A DNA stretch of 64,000 nt, taken from contig NC_083402.1 of NCBI RefSeq assembly GCF_020745735.1, positions 20,660,004 to 20,724,003 on the forward strand. The letters are read 5' to 3'. The notes below the pieces were generated by a model, which worked only from the letters and a program-made list of their open reading frames with translations, did not search any database and was not told the DNA's origin. The position numbers were made by a program, and so were the translations under genes. This document shows positions 1 through 13,359 of this stretch, one piece after another (position 1 is the stretch's first letter; every line of letters starts with the position of its first letter). This DNA is from Hemiscyllium ocellatum. Taxonomy: Eukaryota.

Positions 1-489
1 AGAAAAATAATGACAGCCTTTTCCCTAAATGAATGCTTGTTTCACTCAGAGGAAAACAGAGTACAATAAATGATAGGCACAACAAAACACATAGTTATGG
101 TTTCAAATAGTCAGGGGAAGCTAATGTAAGTGTACAAATTGATTTGCAGCAAGTAAGTGAACAAGGACAATAAAACCAAGGAATTGATGGGAACCAATGT
201 TTTCTGTGTACAAGTGTCCAGCTTGCTAGGAATTAAACTGGAATAGATGCCATGATATCAGGGTCACCATACAAACTTGGATAAATCCTGGATGAGAGTG
301 AGGAGCAAACTTACAAGGATATACATCTCTATGATTAAAATGATAAACTGTGCATCATGTGGAAGAGAATGGATAGTTAAAACATGAAGTTATAGAGAAA
401 AAATATGGCCAACAAATTTTGTCCATGATTTGTCAGGTATCTTATTGTACTCAAGAAACCATACCCAAGGAGTGGGTAAGGGAAGATGT

Positions 490-915
490 CATAGAGAGGT
501 ACAGCACGGAAACAGACTTTTTAGTCCAAATCAATGATACCGACCAGATACTCTAACCCAGCCTAGTCCCATTTGCCAGCACTTGGCATACACCCCTCTA
601 AACCTTCTATTCATATACCAGCCAGATACTTTTTAAATGCTGCAATTGTACTAGCCTCCATCACTTCCTCTGGCAGCTCATTCCATACACGCACTCGCCT
701 CTGTGTGAAAAAATTGCCCCTTAGGTCCCTTTTATATCTTTTCCCTCTCACCCTGAACCTATGCCATCTAGTTCTGGACTCCCCCAACCCAGTGAAAATA
801 CCTTGTCTATTTATCCTATCCATGCCCCTCATGATTGTATAAACCTCTATAAGGTCACCCCTCAGCCTCTGATGTTCCAGAGAAAACAACCCCAGCTTAT
901 TTCACCTCTCCCTAC
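490..915 (-). mobile_element. CR1 3' fragment
   Basis: LFSLEHQRLRGDLIEVY...NFFTQR..VWNELPEEV. Confidence 0.9.
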
Positions 916-2514
916 CTAGTAATTTACAAAGAAAGGGGCAGAAATTTGATGGTGGAACCAAAGGCTGGGACAGAGATTTCTGTAGCTTGTAAAACATCAC
1001 AATGTCCACACCAGAAGAGAGAGGAATGAAACACCTAGCAACGTCGAATAAAGGAGAGTCACAATGACAAAGGGAAAAGAGATCATGCTTGAGAAATGTA
1101 TTGGAGTCCTCAGTGAATGTAGTGGATGTACATAATTACTTCAAATTTCTACACAGAAATAGAGCATTAGGTTCAAAAGGTTCTGTGCTGGTGTAATTAT
1201 TCCACACAAGCTCCCACCCATCTTGATTCACTGCATTCTGTCAAAATGATTTCCCAATCTGATGTCTATTAAGTAATTACTTAATGTTTCTTGTTTGGTG
1301 TTTCTGTGCTATTGGACAGTAGTAAAAACACAGCAGTGGAACCATTCGGGCCAAAGGAGCCGCAAAGTCATAGTCAAAACAAAACTAGAGACTGAAATCA
1401 AGAAATATTTCTTCATAAAATAGATGGCGAGAAGTTTGTTATAATGTCTCCCCTTCAAAAATGGCAAATGATGCTAGATCAATTGTTCATATCAAAACAG
1501 AGGTCAGTTAACTTTTGTTATCCTTTTAGTCCAAGTGTAGAAATGTATATCCTTGTAAATTTGCCCCTCAATATAGTCCAGGATTTAGCCTAGTTTGTAT
1601 GGTGCCCCTGATATCTAGGCATTCATTCCAGTTTAATTCCTAGCAAGCTTGTACACAGAATTTTAAAGCATCAGTTATTGATCAATCCCCTAGTTTTACT
1701 GGCTTGTTCACTTCCTTGTTACACATAAAACGCAAAGATAAATACATGGAGCTGAGTCATAAATTACCCATGGCCTCTAGGATGGACAGGCTCAAGGGAG
1801 GAAATAAATTCAACCTTTTATCCTAGATCCTATATTTCATGCCAGTGTTTATGCTCACATCAGTGTCATTCCATTCTTGTTTATCTAATCCCATTGCAAT
1901 AGCCTTTTATCTCTTCTTCCTCAATAATTATCTAGCTTTCCATTAAGTGTATTTAAGTCTCCTTAACCAATACATGCAGCAATGGTTTTCACGTTTTAAT
2001 CAGTCTCTTGAGTTAAGACATATGTTCCAACATCCTTCTTGGGTTCAGTAAATCCATGAACTCCAATTCTGGACCGGTTTATAAGGGGAAATGTCTTTTT
2101 CATCACTGTCCTACCACAACTCTTCATAACTTTAAAGATCTCAAGTGAGGTGACTTATATATTAATCCTGGAAAAAGTTGTTAAGATCAGAATCACTCAG
2201 AAGGGAAAAAGGGAGAAATTGGTGTAAATGGGACAGTATCAGTATGGAAACTGGTAACTAATGAAGATTTTCATGGGTCTCTTATAAGGCTTTACTATTC
2301 TCCTGGTTTGTGAGTGAGGAATCAATTACCTTCAGTGAAGTGGAAGAACAGAGAAATTGTTATATATAGGACAATGTCAGTATGGAAACTGCTAACAGAT
2401 GGAGTTTTTCAGGAATCAGGTATAGGGTTTTTCTGTCTAAGAAAAAGAATAAAAGAAGCCTTGATTCACATAATGCCTTTCACAATTACTGGATGTCTTA
2501 ATGCACTCACACAT

Positions 2515-2870
2515 AATATAAGAACATAAATACCAGGAGCAGGAGAAGGTAATTCAGCTCCTTGAGCCTACTCTAAAGTTTTGGCTGATCTCATCTCAGC
2601 CTCAACTCCAGTTTCTCACCAACTTTCCATAACCCTTCAAGCTGTTACTCATTAAAAATCTGTCTGTACCTTTCTTAAATTTACTCAAAGTCCCAGCATC
2701 TACTGCACTCTCGGGTAGTGAATTCCACAGATCCATCACTCTTTGAGAGCAGAGATTTCTCCTTAAGTCTATTTTACATCTGCTACTCCTTACCCTAAAA
2801 CTATGACCTCTCGTTCAAGACTGTCCAATACGAGGAAACATCCTTTCTGCATCCACTTTGTCAATCGCCT
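2515..2870 (-). mobile_element. Older CR1 3' fragment
   Basis: Decayed FSQRV..LWNSLP region plus 3'UTR. Confidence 0.75.
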
Positions 2871-3009
2871 CAGGCGTTAATTAGGCCGCTGAAATACTTT
2901 CAAACTGGAATTGCTCTTGCAAAGAAGGAAATGAAGCAGCCAATTGATGTAAGGTATATGATCGGTTCAGAATGGACTACAGCTAAAATGAGAAAGAGAA
3001 GTAACAGTT

Positions 3010-3335
3010 TATAGAATCCTGACAGTGGGGAAGCAGGCCATTTGGCCCATCACGTCCATGCTGGTCCTCCAAAGAGCATCCCACTCAGACCCACTCAATC
3101 CCTGTAACTCTACATTTCCCATGGCTAATCCACCCAGTGCCTTGCACATCCATGGACACTATGGGGAATTTAGCATGGCCACTCCACTTAACCTGCACAT
3201 CTTTCAACTGTGGGAGGGGACTGGAGCATGCAGAGGAAACCCATGCAGACACGAGGAGAATTTGCAATTGGAATCAAATCCCAATCCCAGGTGCTGTGAG
3301 ACAGCAACGCTAACTACTGAGCCAATGATGCCACC
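3010..3335 (-). mobile_element. HE1-type SINE (older)
   Basis: Same head, core and tail on the minus strand. Confidence 0.8.
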
Positions 3336-5028
3336 CTCAGAAACATAATCAGCAAGATTTAATGCAGGTAATGGGAAGGAACTATCCCAAGTGTAGAGAG
3401 TTACCTCTAAAGATCAGGAAACTAGACTGGGCAGCAACAAATTTCATTTCTCAGTATATAAATATAAAGCATTAAGACCGTGAAAGAGGTTTAATTCGTG
3501 AAAATATAAACCTACCAGAGCAGTCCACAAGGTTTAACACAGGGGAATACTCTGTGGATAGGTTGATTATATAACTAATAGGACATTATATGGCAGAATG
3601 TTATGCCTCTCTTCTGCTCATGATTATTTGCAAATGTAGTCATTACCAGACCATTTTTCTTCTAGCTAGTTGGCATGCATTTTGAGGGCTTTTTTAAAAA
3701 AGAGGTGACAATATGTCTTGAGATTCCTCCAAAATAAAGCAAAGTCTTTCATTGTAATTCACCTCTTCCTGGGTGTCTACGTCTGACCTGCACTGTAACA
3801 TCCACTCCAAGCGCAGGAGGATGGGTTGACAGTGCACCTTCAATTCAAGCAAGGACCGAGAGCAAACGGAGGAAATCAAATTGAACAAAACTTGATAAAG
3901 AAATGTGGTGGTGGTGGAAGTTGTGAGGGATGGAGGGAGGTCTTGGTGGGGACAGGATAGATCCATCTGGAATATACAAGGGTTTGAACAAAACAGGAAA
4001 AAGTAAATTCAGCGAAAAGGTGAATCTATTTATAGGAGGAGTTTTTTACACTATTAAGGGGCACGTGAATGTAGAAAATAAATTTGTCAGAGATCTTTGC
4101 AAGGAGAGTTGGTGGGGTAACTGAACCCTTTATATAAGTATCAGTATGAATATTAATTTTATGCAATCCTCCAGTGTTTCAATTCAAGGTTCCACCTGGA
4201 TTCTGGTTGAATAAATTTGTTGATTTGTTGATTAAATAATGGTATTTGTACTTCCAATATCAGATGAAAGATTTGAAAAACTGTCAAGTTTACATTAATG
4301 TCCATTACTTCCTATTTCAGCATATTGTTGTAGAGAGTCTTGATCAATAGACAAATAGAACCTTAACATTTTCAGGCTGGTCGATAGCTGGAAGATCATT
4401 TGTAAATTCAGTCAGAGGGACGATGAGAAGCATTTTTCTTAATGCTGTGAATATCCTAATCTGGAATGCACAGCCCAAAAAAGGTGGTGGGAGCACTTCA
4501 AGACCATCTTTCAAAAGGGATTTGGATATGAAGCAAAGATGCACAGATAAAGTCAGGTCACAAATTAACCATGGTCTCGTTGAATGATGGAAGAGGTGCC
4601 GGGGAAAAAAATTGACTTAACCTTTTTCTATATTCTTATATTTCATTCCAGTACTTATGCTCCACATTAGCATCATTTCATCCTTGTTATCTAATCCCAT
4701 TGCCTTTTATTCTTTCTTCCTCAATAATTATCTAGTTTTCCAAAAAGAGCGCTTGTTATTATTAACCAACACGTGCAGTAATGCTTTTCACATTTCAGTC
4801 AGCCTCTAAGTTAAGCAATTTCTCCCAAAATTCCTTATTGGTTCAATGGACTTATGAGCTTTAATCCTGACATGTTCCCAAATGGAAATATCTTTTCCAT
4901 TTCTGTTTTACCAAAACTCTTCACAACTTTAAAACCTTAAGCAAGATGATTTATGTTTAATTTCTGGAAAATATTGTTAAGATCAAATCAGCACCAAGCC
5001 ACCTGATCTTCCATGACATTAGGAAGGA

Positions 5029-5129
5029 ACCTCATTCCTGATGAAGGGCTCTTGCCCGAAATGTCGATTCTCCTGCTCCTCGGGTGCTGTGTGACCTGAT
5101 GCATTTTTCCAGCACCACATTTTCAACAA
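5029..5129 (+). mobile_element. Solo PLE terminus
   Basis: cctgatgaagggctcttgcccgaaatgtc; flanked by attagRaagga direct repeats. Confidence 0.75.
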
Positions 5130-5598
5130 ATTAGAAAGGATCATGGTGATTTGGTGGATTGGAGAATTGGTTGGCTTAATCAAAGTGGAAATTAGATCAC
5201 TCCGAAGGGAACAAGGGAGAAATTGGTCTACATGGGACAAGATCAATATGGAAGCTAATGGAGCCTTTCCAGGATCACGTCTAAGGGATTGCTGTTTGCC
5301 TGAATTTTTTTTTAAAATTGCAGGTTAAGAGCTAGGCAGTGCAACAATCAGATAGCTCTTCATTGAGCTGACTCAGGTACAATGAGATAATGGCCTTCTT
5401 CTGTGCTGTGTGGTTCTAGGAGGGATCAGTGAGGCTCAACACAAAGAAATGTGCAGCAAGAAACTCTGAGAAAATGTGACAATTGGTTGAAATCCTACCA
5501 CGTCCTTGGGTGCACTTACTTATTTGACTTTGTGAAATTGAATTTAGTTTCCCTGGAAATGGCTAAGTAGATTAGGTTCCAGGAGAGAAAAGACGCCG

Positions 5599-5880
5599 TG
5601 GGCAGCACGGTGGTACAGCAGTTAGCACTGTTGCCTCACAGCACCAGAGATCTGGGTTCAATTCCCACCTCAGGCGACTGACTGTGTGGAGTCTACACAT
5701 CCTCCCCGTGTCTGCGTGGGTTTCCTCCGGGTGCTCCGGTTTCCTCCTACAGTCCAAAGTTGTGCGGGTTAGGTAAATTGCCCGTAGTGTTAGGTTAGGG
5801 GGTATGGGTGGGTTGCGGGTCGGTGTGGACTTGTTGGGCCGAAGGGCCTGTTTCCACACTGTAAGTAATCTAATCTAATT
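5599..5880 (+). mobile_element. HE1-type tRNA-derived SINE
   Basis: A/B-box head (ggtggtacagcagttagc...gggttcaattccc), V-like core, CR1-like tail and (TAATC)n. Confidence 0.9.
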
Positions 5881-7372
5881 AGCTTTTAAATTTCAAAAGA
5901 ATTGCAGATGCTGTAAATCAGAAACAAGAACAGAAATTGCTGGAAAAGCTCAGCAGGTCTGGCAGCATCTGTGAGAAAAAACTTTAGTCACCTTTCAAAA
6001 GTTATTGTTTCCAACATCCTTCTAGACAATGTATTCCTGATAGTAACCCTATTAGTCTTTTACAAGTTGCCTAATGTCTGTGCCTTTTAAGTACTGAATG
6101 TCCAGTCAATGAGTACATCAGGTCAATTCCTCACCCTCCCCCCAACCCCACCAAATCAGAAGCTGCCTCTCAGTGTCCAATGCCTGGTTCAAAGAAACAG
6201 GACCCAATGCATGTACAGAGCAATCCTGTCTCTCTACATTCCAATGGAGTCGAAGATATCAAATGTCCACATCAGTCCTCTACGTTTTCACTGACAGGAA
6301 AGTCAAGGGGAGGACATAGCCCGGCCCGCCATGATTTGACTGAACTGGAAAACAGGTACAAGAGGATGAATGGCCTATTCTTGTTCCTATTTCTTATGAT
6401 CTCATGTTCCTCATCTTCAGCCAGCAAATGAATATAATGGCAAAATTCTAGATTAGAGTGGTGCTGGAAAAACACAGCAGGTCAGGCAGCGTCTGAGGAG
6501 CAAGTAAATCGATGTTTCGGGCAAAAGCTCTTGGACTCCAGGGTGAGGATGGACATTTGATCATAACAGGAACCACTCAGCAATTTATTGACAATGAGAC
6601 AGTCTTTAATAGAAACAAAACAACATTTTCTAATCTCCTCAATACATCAAACAAGATGGATCTTTTGTGCAGACCGTCAACTTTTAAGCTGAGCCTCCAA
6701 ATGTAGTTCTTTATTTCATATGCAATTAATGCCGCTGACCATCCCACCACTATCCCACCAATGCCGACAACCAGCGACCCCCAGTCTGCCACATGAAACC
6801 ATTATCTCTGGTGGCTTCAGCCATGTTTTGAAGAAAGCTATCAAAACATTGTTCCAGATTCCTTTGAATAAATCCCAGCATCAAAGGAATGAAGTTCAGC
6901 ATTTCTGTTAGAAGATTCAGCGCTTTGACTGGATTGATTTGACACATTGCTGAGAGGGCCACTGCTTTATTGAAAATGACCTGTGAGATGGGGCTCCCTC
7001 AATCATCAAAAGCAACAGTTACTCTCTGGATATCAATGCCTTTGGCAAACCAGGCTTTAAACACATCAATGAACAATGCCAGAGAGCAAAGAGAAAGACA
7101 AATAGAGGGAAAAGAATCTTGCATTCACAAGACATTATTTCTGATTCAGCCAATATGAGGTGAAAAGGTAAACACATTATTTGTGATGGATGAAGGAGAG
7201 ATTTGAAATAACCTGGATTGTGTTCTACAACTATTCACCATGGAGTATGGTAAGGGACTCAATGATATATTTTACTGATAACAATACTGAGAAAACAATC
7301 CAACTTTGGGGCCAAAAGAGAAAATGCTGGAAAATCTCAGCAGGTCTGGCAGCATCTGTAAGGAGAGAAAAG

Positions 7373-7411
7373 AGCTGACGTTTCGAGTCTAACTGACCCT
7401 TTGTCAAAGCT
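7373..7411 (-). ncRNA. Minimal hammerhead ribozyme motif, U3-A8 core variant, in a PLE terminus
   Basis: AGCT-TTGACAA-A-GGGTC-AGTTA-GACTC-GAAA-CGTC-AGCT. Helix I has 4 bp, helix II has 5 bp, helix III is the palindrome ACGT, and the triplet is GUC. Confidence 0.65.
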
Positions 7412-7599
7412 TTTATCCAATTTTGAGGGATGGGTTTGGGTGGACTGCCCCTTCAGTGGATGGAATCAAAGGGCTGAATGGCCTGCTTCCACACTTTAGG
7501 GATTGTATGATTTTATGAACTGAAACATTGTTGTTTCTCTTTGTCCTTCTTTCCTTAACTGAATAGGGCGTAGTGGCAGATATGGAATGAGGTATCTCA

Positions 7600-9110
7600 C
7601 TCTGGTTAGAGATAAAAGCACTGCAGATCATGGAATCCATGGTAGACAGGCAGGAGGCTGGAAGAACACAGCAAGACAGACATCATCAGAAGGTGGAGAA
7701 GTCAATGTTTCCAATGTAACCCTTCCTCAGGACTGGGGATGGATGTGGAGAGAGGAGCTGCAGAAAAAGAGGGTGGTGGGGGCAGGGTGATGAAGTGGGG
7801 ATAGGCGATGACAGATAGAGGGTACGACCTGGTTGGTCAATGAGAGGAATGAATCCAGTTGGTGGCAGAGAGGAGTGGAAGGTAGAGGGGCTGGGAAGGG
7901 AGTCGGGAATGGGAAAGGAGGTTATTTGAAATTGGAGAAATCAGTGTTGAGATCTCTGGGCTGTAGGCTGCCCAGGTGGAAAATGAGGTGTTGTTCCTCC
8001 AATTTGCAGCTTGGTTCATTGTGGCAATGGAGGAGGCCAGGGATGGTCATGTTGGAAAGGGAGTGGGAAGAGAAAATAAAATGGGCAGTGACGGGGAGGT
8101 CAGGTCAGCCCCCCATGAGCCTGGCTTCGATGCTCGGCGAAGCATTCCCTAAGTTTACGTTTAGTCTCCTAGATGTAGAGAAGACCACATCGGGACCACC
8201 TGATGCAGTAAACTAGGTTGAAAGAAAGGCAGGTAAATCTCTGTATCATCTGGAAAGACTGTTTGGGGTCTTGAATGGAGGTGAGGTGGGGTGGGTGGTA
8301 TACTGGAAGGTTTTGAATCTTTTCCAATTGCTGGGGAAGGTACCTGAGGGTTCAGGGGTGTCAGTGGGGAAAGTAGTGCAAACCAAGGACTGTCAAAGGG
8401 AACAGTCCTTGCGGAAAGCAGAGAGGGTCAGGGAGGGGAAGATGTTCTTGGTGGTGGGGTCTAGTTGAAATTGGTGCAAGTGTTTAAGGATGATGCGCCA
8501 GATGTGGAGACTGGTGAGGTGGTAGGTGTGGACAAGGGGTCTCTGTCTTTAGGGCGTCGGGAAGGGGGAATTTAGAGCAGTGGAGTGGGGAATGGAGGTG
8601 GTGTGGCGGAGGGCTGTCTGGATGACAGAGAGAGGAAAAGCACGTTGTTCAAAATAGGTGGACATCTGGGATGCTTGGGACTGAAATGTCTCCTATTCTG
8701 AGCAGAGGCAGCAGAGGCGGAGGAATTGAGAGAATGGGATGGAGTTCTTGCAGGATACTGGGTGAGGAGGTGTAGTCCAGGTAGTTATGGGTGTCTGTGT
8801 GTTTATAGTAAATGTCCACCTGGAGACAGTCACCGGAGATAGAAATGGAGAGGTCAAGAAAGGGGAGGGATGTGTCCAAAATGGACCAAGTGAATTTGAG
8901 GGCAGGGTGGAATTTGTGGACGAATTCGATGAACTGCTCCAGTTCAGTCTGGGTACAGGACGCTGCATCGATGCAGTCATTGATGTAACAATGGAAGAGT
9001 TGGGGCACAGTGCCTGTGTAGGTACTGAAGAGGGACTGTTTGACAGAGCCAACAAAGAGGTAGGCATAGCTGGACCCCATTGGGAAGCCGATGGCCACCC
9101 TCTGGTAGCT
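7600..9110 (-). mobile_element. Decayed Penelope-like element (RT domains 4-7, GIY-YIG, terminus)
   Basis: ORF 8649-9119: PMGSSYAYLFVG, YINDC (YIDD), HPALKFTWSI, LPFLDL, YYKHTD..NYLDYTSS. The terminus resembles the other PLE ends. Confidence 0.9.
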
Positions 9111-12100
9111 GAGCTTCATTTGTTAGCCCGTGTAGCAGGAGTGCTCAATCACAAGGGATCATCAGAAGCAAGGTAGATTATATCGCACTCAATAGTTACA
9201 CACACCAACAGTTCCAGCAACTGTCATGTTGCACTGATCCTAGTTAACTCCCAGCTGAGGTTAATGGCAGCATTTCTTGCTGATGTCAGGCTGGCAGGGG
9301 TGGGGGGGTGTGGGTAGCTAAACAAGTTATATGGTGCCAACTCTCTATGTTTCACATTGGGACTTTACCGTATTGGAAGCTGTGCCACTGTGTCCATAAC
9401 TCACATTGGCAAGGCGCTTGCTGCCCCTGACTTGTGTCATGGGGAGTGGTTGCGAGATTCGGAATACACAGCCACAGTCCATCAGAGAATAAAGGAGGTC
9501 CCTCATAAAATAGAACAACTTGCTTTGAAACCACTGTTCACAATCCCTATGTCAAGTTTATGAACATTTCTGTTAATAGCAGAATAATAACACATCAGAA
9601 TCAGCCATTGACCCAAAATATCTCTACATTTGTTTCTTCACATGAACTTCCTTTCACACTTCTTTGTCTAAAAACAACAATATGCCCTTCCATTCCATTA
9701 CCCCTCGTGTACTTAATGAGTTGACTTATTCCATCAATGCATCTTCGCTATTGATTCAACTACTTAAGGTGACAAAGTTCCACAGTCTAATATTTCATTG
9801 GATAAGGTTCCCTGTGACTTCAAATGAAGTCCTTACAGCATTCATCCAGAAATTCAAGTTGTTAACGTACCGACTTTCAGCTCTTCACTCAGGTTATCTG
9901 GACAAGCATGTGTGTCAGGTTAAAATGCAGAAGTTGCCTTGGGACTGTCTGGATCATATTTTATTCAGACAATCTCTGCAGGGAATCAGCCCTGATGGTG
10001 TTGTGTACTTCCTAAATATGGCATCCTTAAGGCTTTGATGCTAGTTCTGGATGTACATTTGCACAGACAGTACCTTAAATGCTTACTCAGTTGTTCGCCA
10101 CTATTGTGCAAGGAACTGCCCCAGAGTGAGATGACCATAAAAATCTTTTTTTTCTTCGAATGGAAATAAATAACTCTTTCTTTCTCATGTTTCCATAAAA
10201 TTGGAGCAGAAGGTTAATGTGCTGAACGCCAGTTGAACCCCATGTACATATTCATGTTGAAGAGAGTGAGTTTGAGGAGTGGCATAGTGGCCCTAACTAG
10301 TCAGGGGAGACCCTGACAATTCACTAGCGTTAGGAATAAGCTGCTGCTTAGGTCATGCTGCTAGGAAGGAATACGGTTTCAAAAACACAGCAGCACATCA
10401 AACCTTAATGTGCTTTGCAATCAGTTAATTACTTTTGAAGTGCAGACACTCTAATTGTGTGGACAAATATAATAATTAATGTGAACCTCAGAATAGCTAA
10501 CAAATTGATCTGGAATTTTCATGAAAATTCTCTTATCGCCTGCCTTATTGCAAAGATAAAATGCATTGACACTATTTCTCTTGTGCATCTATTGAGTTCT
10601 CATTCAGGCTATGGAGAAAGATCATGAGAATGCATCAGGACAATATGTTTTTGATTGGTATGCCTGGTCCCTGCGGAGAAGGAGTGATTCGTACCTTACT
10701 CTAATAATAGCTCCAATAGGTCAAAGCTGTTTCAGTTTTAGTAATATCAATTCAATATTAATTTATTCAGTATTTTATTGTTCATACTATTTATTCTGTA
10801 ATTTATTCTGGAATCCAAGATGGTGCCAGATCGAGGCAACATTATTCATTTTTCATTGTACCTGGGATCAAGCAACAATATATAAAATAAATAAATGAGG
10901 ACATACTCAAGGAGATATGCCATGATGACATTAGATTGTGTGGAACTGGAACCTGAGTGTATGACGTTACAGAAATGCCCTCTCTTAACCTCTTAACAAC
11001 AGTGGTTGATGTTCAAGATACCTAAGATAGGTATCTAGCAACATCTCAATTACTCTAATATTATTTGACAAGAACACAGAAATCTTAACAGGAAGTCAGA
11101 TTTTTAAATGAATGATTTTACTGAATTATTCCTCTGAAAAATGGAGTACTTAGTTAAATAGTACTTTATTACATATCTTCACTGATGGGATGTAGGCATT
11201 ACTAGTTAAGCATTTATTGTCCATTTCAACTGCTCTTTAAAAGGTGGTGGAAGCTGCCTTCTTGACCTGCTGCAGTGCTCGATGTGTAGGTCACCCACAG
11301 TGATGTAAAGGAGAGAATTACATTACCTTGAAACAGCAACAGTGGAAGAACAGCAAAATAGTCTCAAGTTAAGGTGATGTGGGGCTTAGAGGGAAACGTG
11401 CAGGTAATGGGGATACGTGCAACTGGGTTCAGATAAGATTGATTAAACTGGGATGAGTTTGCATTCATTACCATAATTGGAAATTTGTACTGATAAAGGA
11501 AATACCACACTCCTGTTTATTTGGGATGCAGCATAAAACAACTCTCAAAACTGCGAACTGAACTACAATTTTGGATCACACAGATATCTGCACAACTTTG
11601 TGGCTGGTGAGCAGATTCACTTCCAGATCAACCCTTAATTCTGCTTCTGACCCCAGCCTGATTATACTTCAATTCTCGGGTTTGGAATTATATCTTCGGC
11701 TAGGGCTGTGGGACCTTGTAACCGTGAATGGAAGAGAAATGTCTCAGTCTAAATCAAGTAGGGAGGAAGAGAGGGGCACCATATGAGTCAGGGAACCAGG
11801 AAAAGAATAACAAGATCAACCAAGTGAAAGAGTAGCAAGTTCTGCCATGATCCACAGATGGAGCGATTGTGTTAGCATGAAGGGAGAATTGAAATATTCC
11901 TCTGTGAAAGTCATATAAAGATTTACAAGTTATTTTTAGAACTTTCCAATAATATCCCACAATTTCTACTAATACAGTGGAAAATCTCACAATTTTAACA
12001 GAATTATGACTGAATGCAAAACAGAAGGGGACCATTTGGCCCATCGAGTCGGTGTGCTTTGTCATTGTTCAATGCAGTCGGTCCCATTTACCCTCTTTTC

Positions 12101-12600
12101 TTTCACTTCTTTTACTTTCTTTTCCCTTGTATTTTACAAATAATCAGGATATATTTAGAACAAGTCTCCACAAATCATGGCTAATAAATTCTCCAACTGA
12201 AATAATAGCAGATGATTTCTCCAACAAAAAAGTATGGGATAGTTACATTTCATAAATGATGTATGAAAGAACAGGACAGTATCTATTACAGTAGTGACTA
12301 ACAGAGGTGACTGGTAGAAGAATTGCCCATTTTCTCCATTTGCGTTTCATTATAAGCCACGCACCATCCTGAAATGGAACTGTTCCTGCACTGTCAATGG
12401 TTCAAAGTCCTGGAATACCTCATGGCATTGTGAGTGCACCTTCACCCCAAGGAGCACAGTGGTTCAAGCAGCCAACTCACTACCACTTTCTCTATGGTAG
12501 TAGGGGTAAGCACTAAATGTTGGCATTTCCAGCAACACTCATATTCCATGAATGAATAATCAAAGAGTCTCCCATTTTGGTCAAGACTATTTCCAGTCAT

Positions 12601-12803
12601 AGGGTAAAAAATGAGGTCTGCAGATGCTGGAGATCACAGCTGAAAATGTGTTGCTGGTTAAAGCACAGCAGGTTAGGCAGCATCCAAGAAATAGGAAATT
12701 CGACGTTTCGGGTGATGAAGGGCTTATGCCCGAAACGTCGAATTTCCTATTTCTTGGATGCTGCCTAACCTGCTGTGCTTTAACCAGCAACACATTTTCA
12801 GCT
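12601..12803. mobile_element. Fold-back PLE-terminus insertion with perfect 75-bp inverted arms
   Basis: Arms 12638-12712 and 12729-12803 are exact reverse complements. TSD ctatttccagtcat at 12587-12600 and 12802-12815. Confidence 0.9.
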
Positions 12804-13359
12804 ATTTCCAGTCATTAGTGGTCAGAGGAGAAGGCAATATAGACTGGAATGCCAATTGTACCACCCAAAGGATCATGGCTCTGTTATCTCAGGTAACTTG
12901 GCTATGACATTATTGATTGATTCTATCTCTTTGCAGAATACCAGGTCAACTATCGTCTTCTCTCTGGGTGGCATTAAAACAGGGTCCTCCAAGAAACTAT
13001 GAGGAAAACATTCCATGAATTCTTCATCATGGCTACCTTTGCCCTTCTTACTGCCCAGGCTATATGTAGATGTTACAATACTTTATTAGCATGCTCTTAA
13101 TATTTCTTTCTATATGTTTGGCATTAGGAGGTTGATATACCATTCCCTCAAGTGAGTTCTTGCTTTTATTCTTTCTCATCTCAACCCAAACTATTTCCAC
13201 ATCCTGAACTTAGATCATCATTCTCTAATGTGCTCGTACAATTACAAACGAAAAGAACCACTTGCGCTTTGTTTTTTACTTTATTGTCTTTTTCAAATGT
13301 TCTGTACTCTTCAAAATCCTGGTCCCAGTGTGTGTCATTTTGAAGCCATGTCTGTGTAA

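Noticed and set aside
3763-3966. Minus-strand 204-nt segment bounded by ttccag and gtgaat with an open frame (MDLSCPHQ...)
   Set aside because: No recognisable homology. It is open only in phase 0, whereas the gpm6a intron is phase 1, where it contains a stop.
5599-5670. tRNA-like A/B boxes
   Set aside because: SINE heads, not tRNA genes.
9871-10011. AG...GTACGT exon-like segment on the minus strand
   Set aside because: Stops in all three frames; no support as a coding exon.
12638-12803. Interpretation as a DNA-transposon MITE or pre-miRNA
   Set aside because: The arms are PLE termini also found attached to GIY-YIG ORFs; the structure is asymmetric and has a long variable TSD.
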